DNA from: an uncultured Clostridia bacterium
Lineage (GTDB): Bacteria > Bacillota > Clostridia > Oscillospirales > CAG-272
DNA: 64,000 nucleotides
NCBI GenBank assembly: GCA_947626065.1
Contig: CANQQT010000004.1
Span: forward strand, 22,774 to 86,773
Reading direction: 5' to 3'
Shown here: positions 27,038 through 36,821 of the stretch, in pieces
Numbering within the stretch: the stretch's first letter is position 1
Layout of the letters: every line of letters starts with the position of its first letter
Notes under the pieces: generated by a model
What the model was told of the DNA's origin: nothing
The model's input: the letters and a program-made list of their open reading frames with translations, nothing else
The model's database searches: none
Program-made: the position numbers and the translations under genes

Positions 27038-29452
27038 TTACAGCATATGCGCCTCCTGCGGTTTGGTTACGGTTTTGAAGAAAAAGTCCCCGTTTTTCTC
27101 CTCGCAGAGGAGGGAATCGCCGGGTTTTGCCCTGCCTTCGGTGAGAAGCGAGACGAAGCCGTCCTCAATTTCCTCCCGGATTCTCTTCCGGATCGGGCGT
27201 GCGCCGTATTCCTTGGAGGCCGATGCGGCAAGCGAGGAGAGCAGGCCTTGGGAAAAGGAGAGGGTAAGGCCGAGGGTTGCGACCCGGGCGGCAAAGGTTT
27301 TAAGCTCCCGCGCGGCGATTTTCTCCGCCGCCTCCGGGGCAAGGGGCGGGAAGAGGAGTATGCCGTCGAAACGGCCGAGAAGCTCGGGGCGAAAAAAGAG
27401 TTTGGCCTTCGCAAGGACTTTTTCCTCCACGGCTCCTTCCCGGCTCCTCCCCGAAAAGCCGATTTCCCCTCCGACCCCGGTCAATTCCTCCGCGCCGAGA
27501 TTGGAGGTGAGAATCAGCAGGGAGTGCCGGAAGTCGCAAAGCCGCCCACGGGAATCGGTGAGGAAGCCGCCGTCGAGAATCTGGAGCAGGAGACCGAAGA
27601 TATCGGGGTGGGCCTTTTCGGCCTCGTCGAAGAGAAGGACACTGCGGGGACGGGTGCGGATTCTCCCGGTGAGAAGGCCCTCCTCCTCGTAACCCACGTA
27701 GCCGGGCGGGGAGCCGATCAGCTTTGAGAGGCTGTGTTTTTCGCTGTATTCCGACATATCCAGTCGGAGCAGGGCCTTCTCGCTTCCGAAAATTTCGTTG
27801 GCCGCGGCAAGGGCAAGCTCGGTTTTCCCGACGCCGGAAGGGCCGAGAAAGAGGAAGCTCCCGATCGGACGGCGGGGGTCGGAGAGGCCGAGGAGGCTTC
27901 TTCGGACGGCGCGGCAGAGGGAGGACACCGCCTGCTCCTGTCCGAATACCCGGGAGGCGAGGCGCTTTTCCAGCCCCGGAAGGGAAGCGTCGGCCCACCC
28001 GTTCTGAAGAAGGGGAAGGCCGGTTCTTTTGGCGAGGGTGAGGGCGATATCCTGCTCGGTGAGGAGCGGGCGCACGGTGGGATTCAGACGCTCGGCAGAG
28101 GCGGTGAGGCCCTTTTTCCCCCGCCTTTCTCCGGCGAGCAAAAGCGCCTCGCCCAGCCTTCCCTCGGAAGCCGCTTTTTCAATTTCCTCTGCCCCGGAGG
28201 CGTGGGCTTCCCTCTCTTGATAAGCGGCAATCCGCTTTCCGGAGGCCGCCTCGTCGAGAAGGTCGAGGGCCTTGTCGGGCAGACGCCGCTCCGGCAGATA
28301 GCGAACCGACAGGGAAACGGCGGCCCGGACAGCCCCGTCGGTGACGGTCAGGAGGTGATGGCTTTCGTACTTTTTGCGGAGACCGAAGAGGATTTCCTCC
28401 GCTTGCTCCGGCGTCGGCTCCCCGACCGGCACCTCCTGAAACCGGCGCTCCAGCGCCGCGTCCTTCTCGATAATCCGGCGATATTCCGCCTCCGTTGTCG
28501 CGCCGAGCAGGCGGAGCTTGCCTCTTGCAAGGGGAGGCTTTACGATGTTGGCCGCGTCGACGGAGCCCTCGGCGGAGCCGGCCCCGACCAAAGTATGAAG
28601 CTCGTCGATGAAGAGAATCAAGTCGGGATCCTCGGCGGCCTCGGCAAGGACGGCCTTCATCCGCTCCTCAAATTCCCCACGGTATTTGGCCCCCGCGATG
28701 AGGGCGGGGAGGTCAAGGGAAACGATCCGCCGGTTTTTCAGCGGGTCGGGAACCCGTCCCTCGGTAATCCGGAGGGCAAGCCCCTCGGCAATCGCCGTCT
28801 TTCCGACGCCCGGCTCCCCGGTCAGGCAGGGATTGTTTTTGCTCCTCCGGCAGAGAATGCGGATGACGCGCTCGGTCTCCTCCTCCCGCCCGATGACGGG
28901 ATCGAGCTCTCCGTTTGCGGCCATATCGGTGAGGCAAACGCCGTATTTGGCGAGGGAAGGCGGAAGCTTTTTCTCAGCCCTTTCCCGCGGGAGGGCGTGG
29001 CGCTCCTCCTCCTCGGGCAGAGGTGAGCCGATGCCGGAGAGGTCGGAGAAGAGAAGTGCGAGGGAGGCGTTCTGCTTTTTGAGCAGCTTCGCCGCCACGC
29101 TCTCCGGCTCGTTGATGAGGGCCGCCAACAGATGCTCGGTGCCGATGCGCTCCTCCCCTTTTTTCAGCGCCTGATAGGCGGCCATTTCAATGACGCGGCG
29201 GGCGCGTGGGGAGAGGTCGGAGGCCGAAACGTCGGAGCCGTCCCCCGTCCCCTCCAAAGCGGCGATGAGCCGTTTGGTCTCGGCCAGGGTGACGCCGTGA
29301 TTTGAAAGGAGGCGGAAGGCGACGCATTCGCGATCCGAGAGGAGGCCGAGGAGAAGATGCTCGGTTCCGATGTAGGTGTGGCCCAGCTCCCTTGCGTAGG
29401 AAAGGGAGCGGTTCAGGGCTTTTTCGGCGGAGGGAGTAAAACGGTTTGTCAT
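27038..29452 (-). CDS. clpC: ATP-dependent Clp protease ATP-binding subunit ClpC (class I AAA+)
   Basis: Clp_N repeats at the N-terminus, two Walker A motifs ([16 protein letters not shown]), and an IGF ClpP-docking loop (GGEIGFSG). Start reassigned to ATG at 29452 ([13 protein letters not shown]). Confidence 0.9.
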   Translation of the reverse strand: MTNRFTPSAEKALNRSLSYARELGHTYIGTEHLLLGLLSDRECVAFRLLSNHGVTLAETKRLIAALEGTGDGSDVSASDLSPRARRVIEMAAYQALKKGEERIGTEHLLAALINEPESVAAKLLKKQNASLALLFSDLSGIGSPLPEEEERHALPRERAEKKLPPSLAKYGVCLTDMAANGELDPVIGREEETERVIRILCRRSKNNPCLTGEPGVGKTAIAEGLALRITEGRVPDPLKNRRIVSLDLPALIAGAKYRGEFEERMKAVLAEAAEDPDLILFIDELHTLVGAGSAEGSVDAANIVKPPLARGKLRLLGATTEAEYRRIIEKDAALERRFQEVPVGEPTPEQAEEILFGLRKKYESHHLLTVTDGAVRAAVSLSVRYLPERRLPDKALDLLDEAASGKRIAAYQEREAHASGAEEIEKAASEGRLGEALLLAGERRGKKGLTASAERLNPTVRPLLTEQDIALTLAKRTGLPLLQNGWADASLPGLEKRLASRVFGQEQAVSSLCRAVRRSLLGLSDPRRPIGSFLFLGPSGVGKTELALAAANEIFGSEKALLRLDMSEYSEKHSLSKLIGSPPGYVGYEEEGLLTGRIRTRPRSVLLFDEAEKAHPDIFGLLLQILDGGFLTDSRGRLCDFRHSLLILTSNLGAEELTGVGGEIGFSGRSREGAVEEKVLAKAKLFFRPELLGRFDGILLFPPLAPEAAEKIAARELKTFAARVATLGLTLSFSQGLLSSLAASASKEYGARPIRKRIREEIEDGFVSLLTEGRAKPGDSLLCEEKNGDFFFKTVTKPQEAHML

Positions 29453-29593
29453 ACGCAACGACCTTTCGGACGGGACGGAAGGGGAAACAGGCCCCCAGCC
29501 GTCCTTTTTTCTCAGTATCGACGGAAAACCGTAAGCTAAACGCCCGGCGGAGCTTTTCTTTTTGAAAAAGTCCGAAGTCCCCGGCCGGGAGGT

Positions 29594-29930
29594 CTTTTTG
29601 TCCGGTCGGCGCAAATCGACTTGGCCGCGCCGCCGCGTGGTTACAGATTTTTAAGCCGGAAGGCCTTTTTGGGTCGACGGAAAGAGTTTTTGATGCGTTT
29701 TCCACGCCGATCGCGCGGTTACAGATACAGATTTTCGGGCCGGAGTCGCTTTTTGTCCGGTCGGTGCAAACCGACTTTTCCGCGCCGCCGCGCGGTCACG
29801 GATTTTTAAGCCGGAAGGCGCTTTTTTCAGGTCGGCGGAAACAGATTTCGGTCGCGCAGTCACGGTTTTTCGATCGAGAGAACGCTTTTTCGGGCCGACG
29901 GGAAAGGGTTTTGAATGCGTTTTGGTCACG
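29594..29930. repeat. Imperfect tandem duplication, period ~155 bp, upstream of clpC
   Basis: The ~72-nt block CTTTTTGTCCGGTCGG(C/T)GCAAA(T/C)CGACTT..CCGCGCCGCCGCG.GGT.AC.GATTTTTAAGCCGGAAGGC starts at 29594 and again at 29749. Sub-blocks are also shared between 29670-29706 and 29892-29930. Confidence 0.8.
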
Positions 29931-30007
29931 AGAATTTTTGCCGTAAAATTTTTAAGAAAAAATCCGGGAAAGGGAGGGGCATGCCGGATTTTCCCGGGCG
30001 TCGGTTC

Positions 30008-30556
30008 CTACTGCGCGTAGCGGATATATTTGTTGTAGGAGTCGGCCAGACGATCCCACGTCTGGCGGTTGACGCTTCCGGTCTGCTCAATTCCCTGAAT
30101 GCGCTGGTATTCGCGGAGTGCCCCCTCCATGTCGTCATCGAAGCTGTCGCTTATCGGGAGTACGGCGAGGCAGTCGTATTCCACGCCGAGGCAGTGGAGC
30201 ATGACGCGGACAAGGAGGACGAGGTCGGAGCGGTCCCCCACGCAGAGCTCCCCGTTTTTCAGCGGGCAGAGGAAGGGAGAGATCGCGGTGGGAGCGGAAA
30301 GGGCGCGGGTGGCCTCCCGGCAGCCCTTGACCAGCGCCTGCCAGGTGGCGAAGTCGACCTTTCCGGTGACGGGAAGGGAACGGCTTTTTTGGAAGCAGGC
30401 AACGGCCTCGGCGGTTTTCTTTCCGTAAACGCCGTCGGGCTTTACCTGCGGAAGCGAGGGGTCGGCGAGGGCGACGGACGAGAGATATTTTTGAATCTGC
30501 CGGACGGTTTTGCGGTGGGCGGAGTCGTCGGGATTTTCGTTTTGCTTTGTCTGCAT
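30008..30556 (-). CDS. Peptidoglycan-binding domain (PG_binding_1) protein
   Basis: Two PG_binding_1-like repeats (VKPDGVYGKKTAEAVACFQKSRSLPVTGKVDFATWQAL; MEGALREYQRIQGIEQTGSVNRQTWDRL). Confidence 0.8.
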   Translation of the reverse strand: MQTKQNENPDDSAHRKTVRQIQKYLSSVALADPSLPQVKPDGVYGKKTAEAVACFQKSRSLPVTGKVDFATWQALVKGCREATRALSAPTAISPFLCPLKNGELCVGDRSDLVLLVRVMLHCLGVEYDCLAVLPISDSFDDDMEGALREYQRIQGIEQTGSVNRQTWDRLADSYNKYIRYAQ

Positions 30557-30576
30557 GGCGGGAGTTCCTTTCTTCG

Positions 30577-31974
30577 TTATTCGACGGGGACGCCGGGGTA
30601 TTGGTCGGGGAGGGATGCTTCCTCCGCGCGGAGATCGTTGTAAAAATCGGCGATCGCCTCCCAGGTCCGGGCGTTGACGCGGCCGGTGACCGGCAGGCCG
30701 ACGAGCTTTTGAAAGGCTCTTACCGAAGCGTCGGTTTCGCTGTCGAAGCTCCCGCTTTCTTCTACGGCGGGCACCTCCGGCAGGGCCTTTGCGATGACGT
30801 TCAGGTATTCCTGAAGATAGCGCACCGCGTCGTTCGTCATTCCTTCGTCGAGCGGGTAGCCGGGATAGGGGCGGGCGGTGTTTTCAAACAGAGAGTCGGG
30901 GAGGGAGAGAAAAATCGCGTTGTAGACGTCGAAGATGCGGGCGTAGGTTCTCTCGTCGATGATTCCGGTATCGGGCAGGCCGTAGGTCAGCTGGAAGCCC
31001 TTCACCGCCTCCTCGGTCTCGGAATCGTAGACGCCGTTTATCGCGAAGGGCGGGACGGTGTCCTCGTACTGCCGGATGACGCTGAGCATATACTGCGCCG
31101 TGCGCACCTCCTCCCCGACGGCGCCGGGGGAGAGATTTTCGGGATAAACCCGGGAAATCTCCTCATAGGAAATCCCCTCGGAATCGAGGTCGTTGAGGCT
31201 CTTGACGCCGGCGTAAATCTGCTGAACGCGGTACCACGTGGCCTTTCCGACGATCCCGTCGACGGCGAGGTCGAAAATCGACTGAAATTCCCTCACCGCG
31301 TTGGCGGTTTCGGCGCCGAAATAGCCGTCGGGGGCCGGAATTTTCGGAATGGAGGGAAAATTCTTGGAAATGCGGTTCAGGCGGAGCTGGAGGAGAAAAA
31401 CGTCGTTACCGGTGGAGCCGAGTCGGAGCAGACGGGTCGGCGGACTGGAGGTCAGGCCCATGACCGGCGCGTTTGTGACGATTTCGATGTCCTCCCCGTA
31501 GTAGTGCCGCAAAATTTCCACCGAATTCTGTCCCTCCTCGGCGAGGGTGACGGAGCCCCACTGGGAGAGGCCGTCGCAGGTGACGGTGGTTCCGTTGCAA
31601 TATTGGGCAAAGAGCGGCTCGACGAAGCCCTGTCGCCGCAGATAGTCGTTGAAGATCTCGTCGACGAGCTCCGAAATGTTGGAAAAGGTATTGCGGCCAT
31701 TGATAAAGGACTGATCGCGGGCGGTGGAATTTGTGATGTTGAAGGAATAGCCCCGCGAGCGGTAATATTCCGTATAGATGCGGTTGAGGGCGAAGGAAAT
31801 CTCGGCGAGAATGTTGGCCCGGAGTGCGCTTTCCGGCCACGTGGGGTAGATTTCGCTTGAGGCGACGTTCTTGATATAGTCGGGAAAGGAGACGGTGACG
31901 TTGGGGGCCTCCTGCGAGGGCTCCCCGAGGTGTACCGTGACGGTTTCGGGAATGTAGGGTACGGATACGGCCAT
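30577..31974 (-). CDS. SleC-like spore cortex-lytic enzyme with three PG_binding_1 repeats (no N-terminal pre-pro region)
   Basis: The N-terminal domain (IPETVTVHLGEPSQEAPNVTVSFPDYIKNVASSEIYPTWPESALRANILAEISFALNRIYTEYYRSRGY) matches my memory of the clostridial SleC mature N-terminus. Three PG-binding repeats follow. Confidence 0.75.
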   Translation of the reverse strand: MAVSVPYIPETVTVHLGEPSQEAPNVTVSFPDYIKNVASSEIYPTWPESALRANILAEISFALNRIYTEYYRSRGYSFNITNSTARDQSFINGRNTFSNISELVDEIFNDYLRRQGFVEPLFAQYCNGTTVTCDGLSQWGSVTLAEEGQNSVEILRHYYGEDIEIVTNAPVMGLTSSPPTRLLRLGSTGNDVFLLQLRLNRISKNFPSIPKIPAPDGYFGAETANAVREFQSIFDLAVDGIVGKATWYRVQQIYAGVKSLNDLDSEGISYEEISRVYPENLSPGAVGEEVRTAQYMLSVIRQYEDTVPPFAINGVYDSETEEAVKGFQLTYGLPDTGIIDERTYARIFDVYNAIFLSLPDSLFENTARPYPGYPLDEGMTNDAVRYLQEYLNVIAKALPEVPAVEESGSFDSETDASVRAFQKLVGLPVTGRVNARTWEAIADFYNDLRAEEASLPDQYPGVPVE

Positions 31975-32024
31975 AAATGTTTCCTGCCCTTCGGGAGGAA
32001 GGGCCCTTTCATCAGAATTTTTAG

Positions 32025-32441
32025 TCAGGTTCCCGGTGTTTCCCCGGTATCGCTGTAGCGGGTGAGATCGTAGGGATAGAGGCGACCGCTCCCCTCGGCA
32101 ATCGGCACAAGGAGAACCTGCTGAACCGAGGTGATGCCGTCGTAAATCGGCACGTTGCTGTTGACGACGGTATAAAAGCCGCTCCGGTCGGTGTCGAGGG
32201 AATAAAGGCTGAAGGCCTCCCCGTCGGGCTCCGGGGATAGGCTGTTTCTTCGCGGCGGCGCCGGGAGCGCGAGAAGCTCGCTTGCCCCTCCCTCGTCGGT
32301 ATACATGACGGCCACGACGGTGCTGTCGGGGCCGGCTACCGATTTTACCGTAATCATGGCCCCTTCGACGGGAAGGGCGCCGCCCGCGGTCCGGACGTTT
32401 ACCGTGATGAATCCTCTGCCTTGTTCTTCCATAAAAAGCAT
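32025..32441 (-). CDS. Hypothetical protein, possibly carboxypeptidase-regulatory-like beta-sandwich domain
   Basis: ITVNVRTAGGALPVEGAMITVKS resembles the CarboxypepD_reg start. It lies directly upstream of the SleC-like gene on the same strand. Confidence 0.55.
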   Translation of the reverse strand: MLFMEEQGRGFITVNVRTAGGALPVEGAMITVKSVAGPDSTVVAVMYTDEGGASELLALPAPPRRNSLSPEPDGEAFSLYSLDTDRSGFYTVVNSNVPIYDGITSVQQVLLVPIAEGSGRLYPYDLTRYSDTGETPGT

Positions 32442-32620
32442 TTCCTTTCGTTCGGTTTGGCCCCGGAAATCCGGGACTTTACCTTCAGGGTATGCGTTCT
32501 CGCTTCAAACCGTACCGGAAAAAAGAAAAATTTATTTCTCCGACCGAATCCGACAGACTGCGCGCCTGATCTGCGGTAGAATAGGAGAAAAACAATCTGT
32601 CATAGGAAAGGATGAGACGA

Positions 32621-32989
32621 ATGGAGGAAAAAGAGACCGTTTTGAATTACGGCAGGGTGAGCTATGCCGTCGGGGAGGACGGGGAGGCCCGATTCCTTCT
32701 GAACGGGGAGTTGGATCACCACAGCGTAAAGGAGATTCGGGAGGTGATGGACGGGAAGCTGACGGATTACCGACCGATGAGTGTCACCTTTGATCTGAGC
32801 GGCGTCAGCTTCACCGACTCGGCGGGACTCGGGCTGATTCTCGGCAGGTATACGAAAATCAGCGGGTACGGCGGGGCTCTGAGGCTGGTCGGCGTGTCGG
32901 AGGAATTCATGAAGATTTTGAAGCTCTCCGGGGCGGACAGGCTCTTTCCCGTCGAGGCAAGAAGCGAAAAAAGAAGAATCCGCGTATAA
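32621..32989 (+). CDS. spoIIAA: Anti-sigma-F factor antagonist SpoIIAA (STAS domain)
   Basis: STAS motif with the phosphorylatable serine context (DLSGVSFTDSAGLGLILGRY). First gene of the spoIIA operon. Confidence 0.85.
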   Translation: MEEKETVLNYGRVSYAVGEDGEARFLLNGELDHHSVKEIREVMDGKLTDYRPMSVTFDLSGVSFTDSAGLGLILGRYTKISGYGGALRLVGVSEEFMKILKLSGADRLFPVEARSEKRRIRV

Positions 32990-33052
32990 GCGGGGACAAA
33001 AAAGCCCGTTTTCCGGGAGGGAAGCGGGGCTTTACATAGGAAAGGATGCATT

Positions 33053-33484
33053 ATGAAAAGAAAAGCGATCAACGAAATGAAGATGATTTTTCTCTCGGAT
33101 TCCAAGAATGAGAGCTTTGCCCGGTCGGCGGTGACGGCCTTCGCGGCGCAACTTGACCCGGATATGGAGGAGCTTGCCGACATCCGCACGACCGTTTCCG
33201 AGGCGGTGACCAACAGCATTCTCCACGGCTACCGCGGCACAAGCGGGAAAATTACCGTCGAGGTCAAGCTGTTCGACGACCGGAGTCTTCGGATTCGGGT
33301 GAGCGACCGGGGGTGCGGCATTGAGGACGTGGAGCAGGCGATGCAGCCGCTCTTCACCACCGATAAGAGCGGGGAGCGGGGCGGCATGGGCTTTGCCATC
33401 ATGAAGAGCTTCAGCGATTCCCTTTCGGTAAAATCAAAGCCCGGCGTCGGAACGGTCGTGACTGTGACGAAAAGGCTGAAATGA
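33053..33484 (+). CDS. spoIIAB: Anti-sigma-F factor SpoIIAB (serine kinase, HATPase_c)
   Basis: NESFARSAVTAFAAQLDP, N-box (EAVTNSILHGY) and G-box (DRGCGIED, GGMGFAIM). Confidence 0.9.
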   Translation: MKRKAINEMKMIFLSDSKNESFARSAVTAFAAQLDPDMEELADIRTTVSEAVTNSILHGYRGTSGKITVEVKLFDDRSLRIRVSDRGCGIEDVEQAMQPLFTTDKSGERGGMGFAIMKSFSDSLSVKSKPGVGTVVTVTKRLK

Positions 33485-34197
33485 AGCGGGAGGAGAACAT
33501 TGAGCTTCTCCGGAGGGCCAAGGAAGGGGATCGGGAGGCGCAGGACCGGCTTCTTGAGGGCAACATGGGGCTGTGCAAAAGCATTGCGGCCCGCTTTCGG
33601 GATCGGGGCGTCGAATACGAGGATCTGGTTCAGCTTGCGGCCATCGGGATGATCAAGGCCGTAAGGAGCTTCGATTTCTCCTACAACACCGCCTTTTCCA
33701 CCTATGCGGTGCCTCTGATTATCGGAGAGATCCGGCGGTTTCTGCGGGACGACGGCGCGGTGAAGGTGAGCAGAGGTACCCGGCGCCTCGGCGCCGACGC
33801 CATGCGGAAGCGGGAGGAATTTCTCAGAGAAAAGGGGCGGGAGCCCTCCGTAGCCGAGCTTTCCGAGCGTTGCGGGGTGAGCTGTGAGGAGCTTGTCTTT
33901 TCGCTGGAGGCCGTCGGTCCTATCCGTTCACTGAGCGAACCGGCGGGCGGGGAGGAGGACGGCGTGCCGCTCGGCGACCGGATTGCGGACAGCGAGGACG
34001 GAATCGGGAAGACGACCGATCGAATCGCGCTCATCGAGGCGGTAAAAAAGCTCCCTCCGGAACAGAGGAAGCTGATTTATCTTCGCTATTTTCGGGAGCT
34101 CTCCCAATCGCAGACCGGGCAGATTCTCGGAATGACGCAGGTGAAGGTGTCGCGGGAGGAGAAAAAAATCATGGAGCTTCTCCGAAAGGCACTTTGA
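33481..34197 (+). CDS. sigF: RNA polymerase sporulation sigma factor SigF
   Basis: Sigma-70 regions 2-4 (YEDLVQLAAIGMIKAVRSFD, QSQTGQILGMTQVKVSREEKK). ATGA overlap with spoIIAB. Confidence 0.9.
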   Translation: MKREENIELLRRAKEGDREAQDRLLEGNMGLCKSIAARFRDRGVEYEDLVQLAAIGMIKAVRSFDFSYNTAFSTYAVPLIIGEIRRFLRDDGAVKVSRGTRRLGADAMRKREEFLREKGREPSVAELSERCGVSCEELVFSLEAVGPIRSLSEPAGGEEDGVPLGDRIADSEDGIGKTTDRIALIEAVKKLPPEQRKLIYLRYFRELSQSQTGQILGMTQVKVSREEKKIMELLRKAL

Positions 34198-34277
34198 CTC
34201 CCCGGGCCGTTTTTGCCGGGAAGCGAGGGCCTTCGGCAGATCAGCAGCTGACAGCCGACAGCCGAAGCCGAAGTCGC

Positions 34278-35663
34278 TTATTTTTTCAGAACCGAAAGGG
34301 CGTCGTAGAGGCTCTTCACCGGCTCAATCCGGATGGAAAAGGCCGAGGGGTCGAGCTTGCCGGGGCCGACGTTCCGGGCCGGGAGGAGAATCCTTGAGAA
34401 GCCGAGGCGCTCGGCCTCCCGCACCCGCTGTTCGGCGTTGGCGATGGCGCGGGTCTCTCCGGAAAGCCCGATTTCCCCGGCGGCAATGAGATCGTCGGGG
34501 AGGGGAACGTCCTTGATGCAGGAGATGAGGGACAGCGCGGCGGGAAGGTCGGCGCCCGGCTCCTCCAGCCGCAGGCCGCCGATGACGTTCAGATAGACGT
34601 CGCAGGCAGAGAAGCGGAGGCCGATGCGCTTTTCAAGAACGGCGAGGAGGAGATACAGCCGGTTGTAGTCATAGCCGTTCGCCGTGCGCCGGGGCGCCGA
34701 AAAGACGGTTCCCGTCACAAGCGCTTGAATCTCGGCGATGATCGGACGGGTTCCCTCCATGACGCAGACCGGGCAGTTTCCGGAGACATTCTTCGGCCGA
34801 CCGGCCATCAGCGCCTCGGAGGGATTGACGACTTCCATCAGGCCCTGAGCGGTCATTTCAAAGACGCCGACTTCGTTTGTCGAGCCGAAGCGGTTCTTGA
34901 CGGCCCGAACCATGCGGTAGGAGTCCTCCCGCTCTCCTTCAAAGCGGAGAACCGCGTCGACCATGTGTTCAAGAACCTTCGGCCCGGCGACGGCGCCTTC
35001 CTTATTGACGTGGCCGACCAGAATCACCGACGGGCCCTCGTTTTTGGCGAGGCCGATGAAGCGCATGGCGGCCTCCTTGACCTGCGACACGCTTCCCGGG
35101 AGGGAGGAGGAGGATTCGCTGTAGATGGTCTGTACCGAGTCGGCGATGACGACGTCGGGGGAGAGCTTTTCAACCTCGGCGAGAATTTTGTCGAGGTTGG
35201 TTTCGGTCTGAATGTAGAGCTCCCCGCCGCTGACGCCGAGGCGCTTGGCACGGAGCTTCAGTTGGCCGGGAGATTCCTCCCCCGACACGTAGAGGATCTT
35301 CTGCCCACCCGAGGCGAGCTTTCCGCCGATCTGCATCAGAAGGGTGGATTTTCCGATGCCGGGCTCCCCCGAGAGAAGTACCACGGAGCCGCTGACCAGT
35401 CCTCCGCCGAGGACGCGGTCGATTTCGCCGTAGCCGGTTTTGCTACGCATATATTGGGGCATTTCGAGATGATCGAGGAGAACGGCGGGGACGGTTTTCC
35501 CGGAATAGACGCCGGCGGGAGGGCTTTTCTCCGCACCCTTTTTCTCTTCCGTGACAACCTGCTCCTCAAGGGTGTTCCATGCTCCGCAGGTGGGACAGCG
35601 CCCGCTCCAGCGGGAGTCGCGGAAGCCGCATTCCGAGCAGATAAAGACGGTTTTTGTTTTCAT
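34278..35663 (-). CDS. radA: DNA repair protein RadA
   Basis: N-terminal zinc ribbon (CSECGFRDSRWSGRCPTCGAWNT), Walker A GEPGIGKST, KNRFG motif and a Lon-like C-terminus. Start at ATG 35663. Confidence 0.95.
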   Translation of the reverse strand: MKTKTVFICSECGFRDSRWSGRCPTCGAWNTLEEQVVTEEKKGAEKSPPAGVYSGKTVPAVLLDHLEMPQYMRSKTGYGEIDRVLGGGLVSGSVVLLSGEPGIGKSTLLMQIGGKLASGGQKILYVSGEESPGQLKLRAKRLGVSGGELYIQTETNLDKILAEVEKLSPDVVIADSVQTIYSESSSSLPGSVSQVKEAAMRFIGLAKNEGPSVILVGHVNKEGAVAGPKVLEHMVDAVLRFEGEREDSYRMVRAVKNRFGSTNEVGVFEMTAQGLMEVVNPSEALMAGRPKNVSGNCPVCVMEGTRPIIAEIQALVTGTVFSAPRRTANGYDYNRLYLLLAVLEKRIGLRFSACDVYLNVIGGLRLEEPGADLPAALSLISCIKDVPLPDDLIAAGEIGLSGETRAIANAEQRVREAERLGFSRILLPARNVGPGKLDPSAFSIRIEPVKSLYDALSVLKK

Positions 35664-35716
35664 GTCCTGTCCTTCCTTCCGCTGTCGCGGAATCCTTCTT
35701 TTTAGAGACAAGTGGA

Positions 35717-36442
35717 TTATGATTCCCTCACGGCGGTAAAGGCCGAGAGGAGAACGAGGCAGAGCCGCCTCTGATAGTCCGGGTCCTCAAGAGCCTTTGC
35801 CTCCTCGGAATTGGAGAGAAAGCCGCACTCGATGAGGACGGCGGGGGATTTTATTTTATCAAGCAGGAAGATGGCGCTTCCGGCCTTTTTGGTTTCCCGG
35901 TCGTTTTCGGGTTGGAGTATTTCCTTTACGGCCTTTCGGACAGCCTCCGCCATTTCCCGGCTTTCCTCCCGGTTGGGGGAGTAGTAGACCTGCAGACCCC
36001 GGTAACGGCTTTGGGGAAATTTGTTCATGTGAATGCTGACAAAGGGGAGGTCGGGGTGTGCCTCGGCAACAAGAAGACGGGCTTTCAGATCCTGCATTTT
36101 CCGGGAGGCGGTGCTTCCCGGGACGGAAAGCGATTCGTCCCCCTCCCGCGTCTCGGTGACGGAGTAGCCGAGGGCGGTGAAAAGGGCGGACAGCCGCCGG
36201 GTGATTTGCAGATTCAGCTCCTTCTCAGGCGTCCCGGTGATCGAGACCGCTCCGCCGTCCCGTCCGCCGTGCCCGGCGTCGAGGATCAGACCGCGCGGGG
36301 AAAAGCCGCTTACCGGCAGATTTTCCTTTCCGACGTCGATATAACGGGTGAAAAAGAACTGCATAAGGCAGGAGATAAAAATCATCAGAACGGCAATGAG
36401 AAAGTAAAGCCAGAGGCTTCCCCGGTGTTTCTCGGATATCAT
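35717..36442 (-). CDS. cwlD: Germination-specific N-acetylmuramoyl-L-alanine amidase CwlD
   Basis: TM anchor plus Amidase_3 motifs (ILDAGHGGRDGG, FVSIHMN). Start reassigned to ATG 36442, because the upstream ORF extension just translates the tandem repeat. Confidence 0.85.
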   Translation of the reverse strand: MISEKHRGSLWLYFLIAVLMIFISCLMQFFFTRYIDVGKENLPVSGFSPRGLILDAGHGGRDGGAVSITGTPEKELNLQITRRLSALFTALGYSVTETREGDESLSVPGSTASRKMQDLKARLLVAEAHPDLPFVSIHMNKFPQSRYRGLQVYYSPNREESREMAEAVRKAVKEILQPENDRETKKAGSAIFLLDKIKSPAVLIECGFLSNSEEAKALEDPDYQRRLCLVLLSAFTAVRES

Positions 36443-36544
36443 AAGCGCTCCTGAGGCCGCAGATTGTAAATTGTAAGGTTGGCCCATTCCAATATATGCG
36501 GGCGCGGGGCTTTTATGCCTCGGCGGAGGCGCGGAGAGTCCTTT

Positions 36545-36735
36545 CACGGGATTGACGCATAAGGCCGTCACGCGAGTATACCGTTGGAATTGACGCGCGA
36601 GTCTGCCGTGGGGATTGACGCGCGAGTATGCCGCATGAGTCTGCCATGGGGATTGACGCGAGAGTCCACCACGCGAGTGTGCCGTGGGGATTGACGCGAG
36701 AGTTCGCCGTGCGAGTGTGCCATGTGAGTCATCGA
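36545..36735. repeat. Five copies of an ATTGACGCG-core degenerate repeat (spacings 38, 25, 38, 28 nt)
   Basis: ATTGACGC starts at 36551, 36589, 36614, 36652 and 36680. Flanking GAGT.T.CCG blocks are also reiterated. Confidence 0.8.
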
Positions 36736-36821
36736 GGGAAGGATGCACGACAAACGGTGCGGGAGGCCGTAGTAACCCGCGAAAGGGCGTCTACAGCCGC
36801 TCACAGGGACGTCGCAGGGCT

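Noticed and set aside
26283-27038. 251-aa minus-strand ORF downstream of clpC.
   Set aside because: The composition is extremely R/K/P-rich, there is no RBS, and it overlaps terminator-like hairpins. Only the separate 57-codon hydrophobic frame looks gene-like.
29453-29620. CtsR operator upstream of clpC.
   Set aside because: No GGTCAAA-NAN-GGTCAAA direct repeat is present on either strand in the 170 nt upstream of the start codon.
35717-36748. Long N-terminal extensions of cwlD (to 36748), of the large secreted protein (to 39473), of clpC (to 29614) and of radA (to 35711).
   Set aside because: The extensions translate repeat or spacer DNA. Internal ATGs with good RBSs coincide with the start of homology or of the signal peptide.
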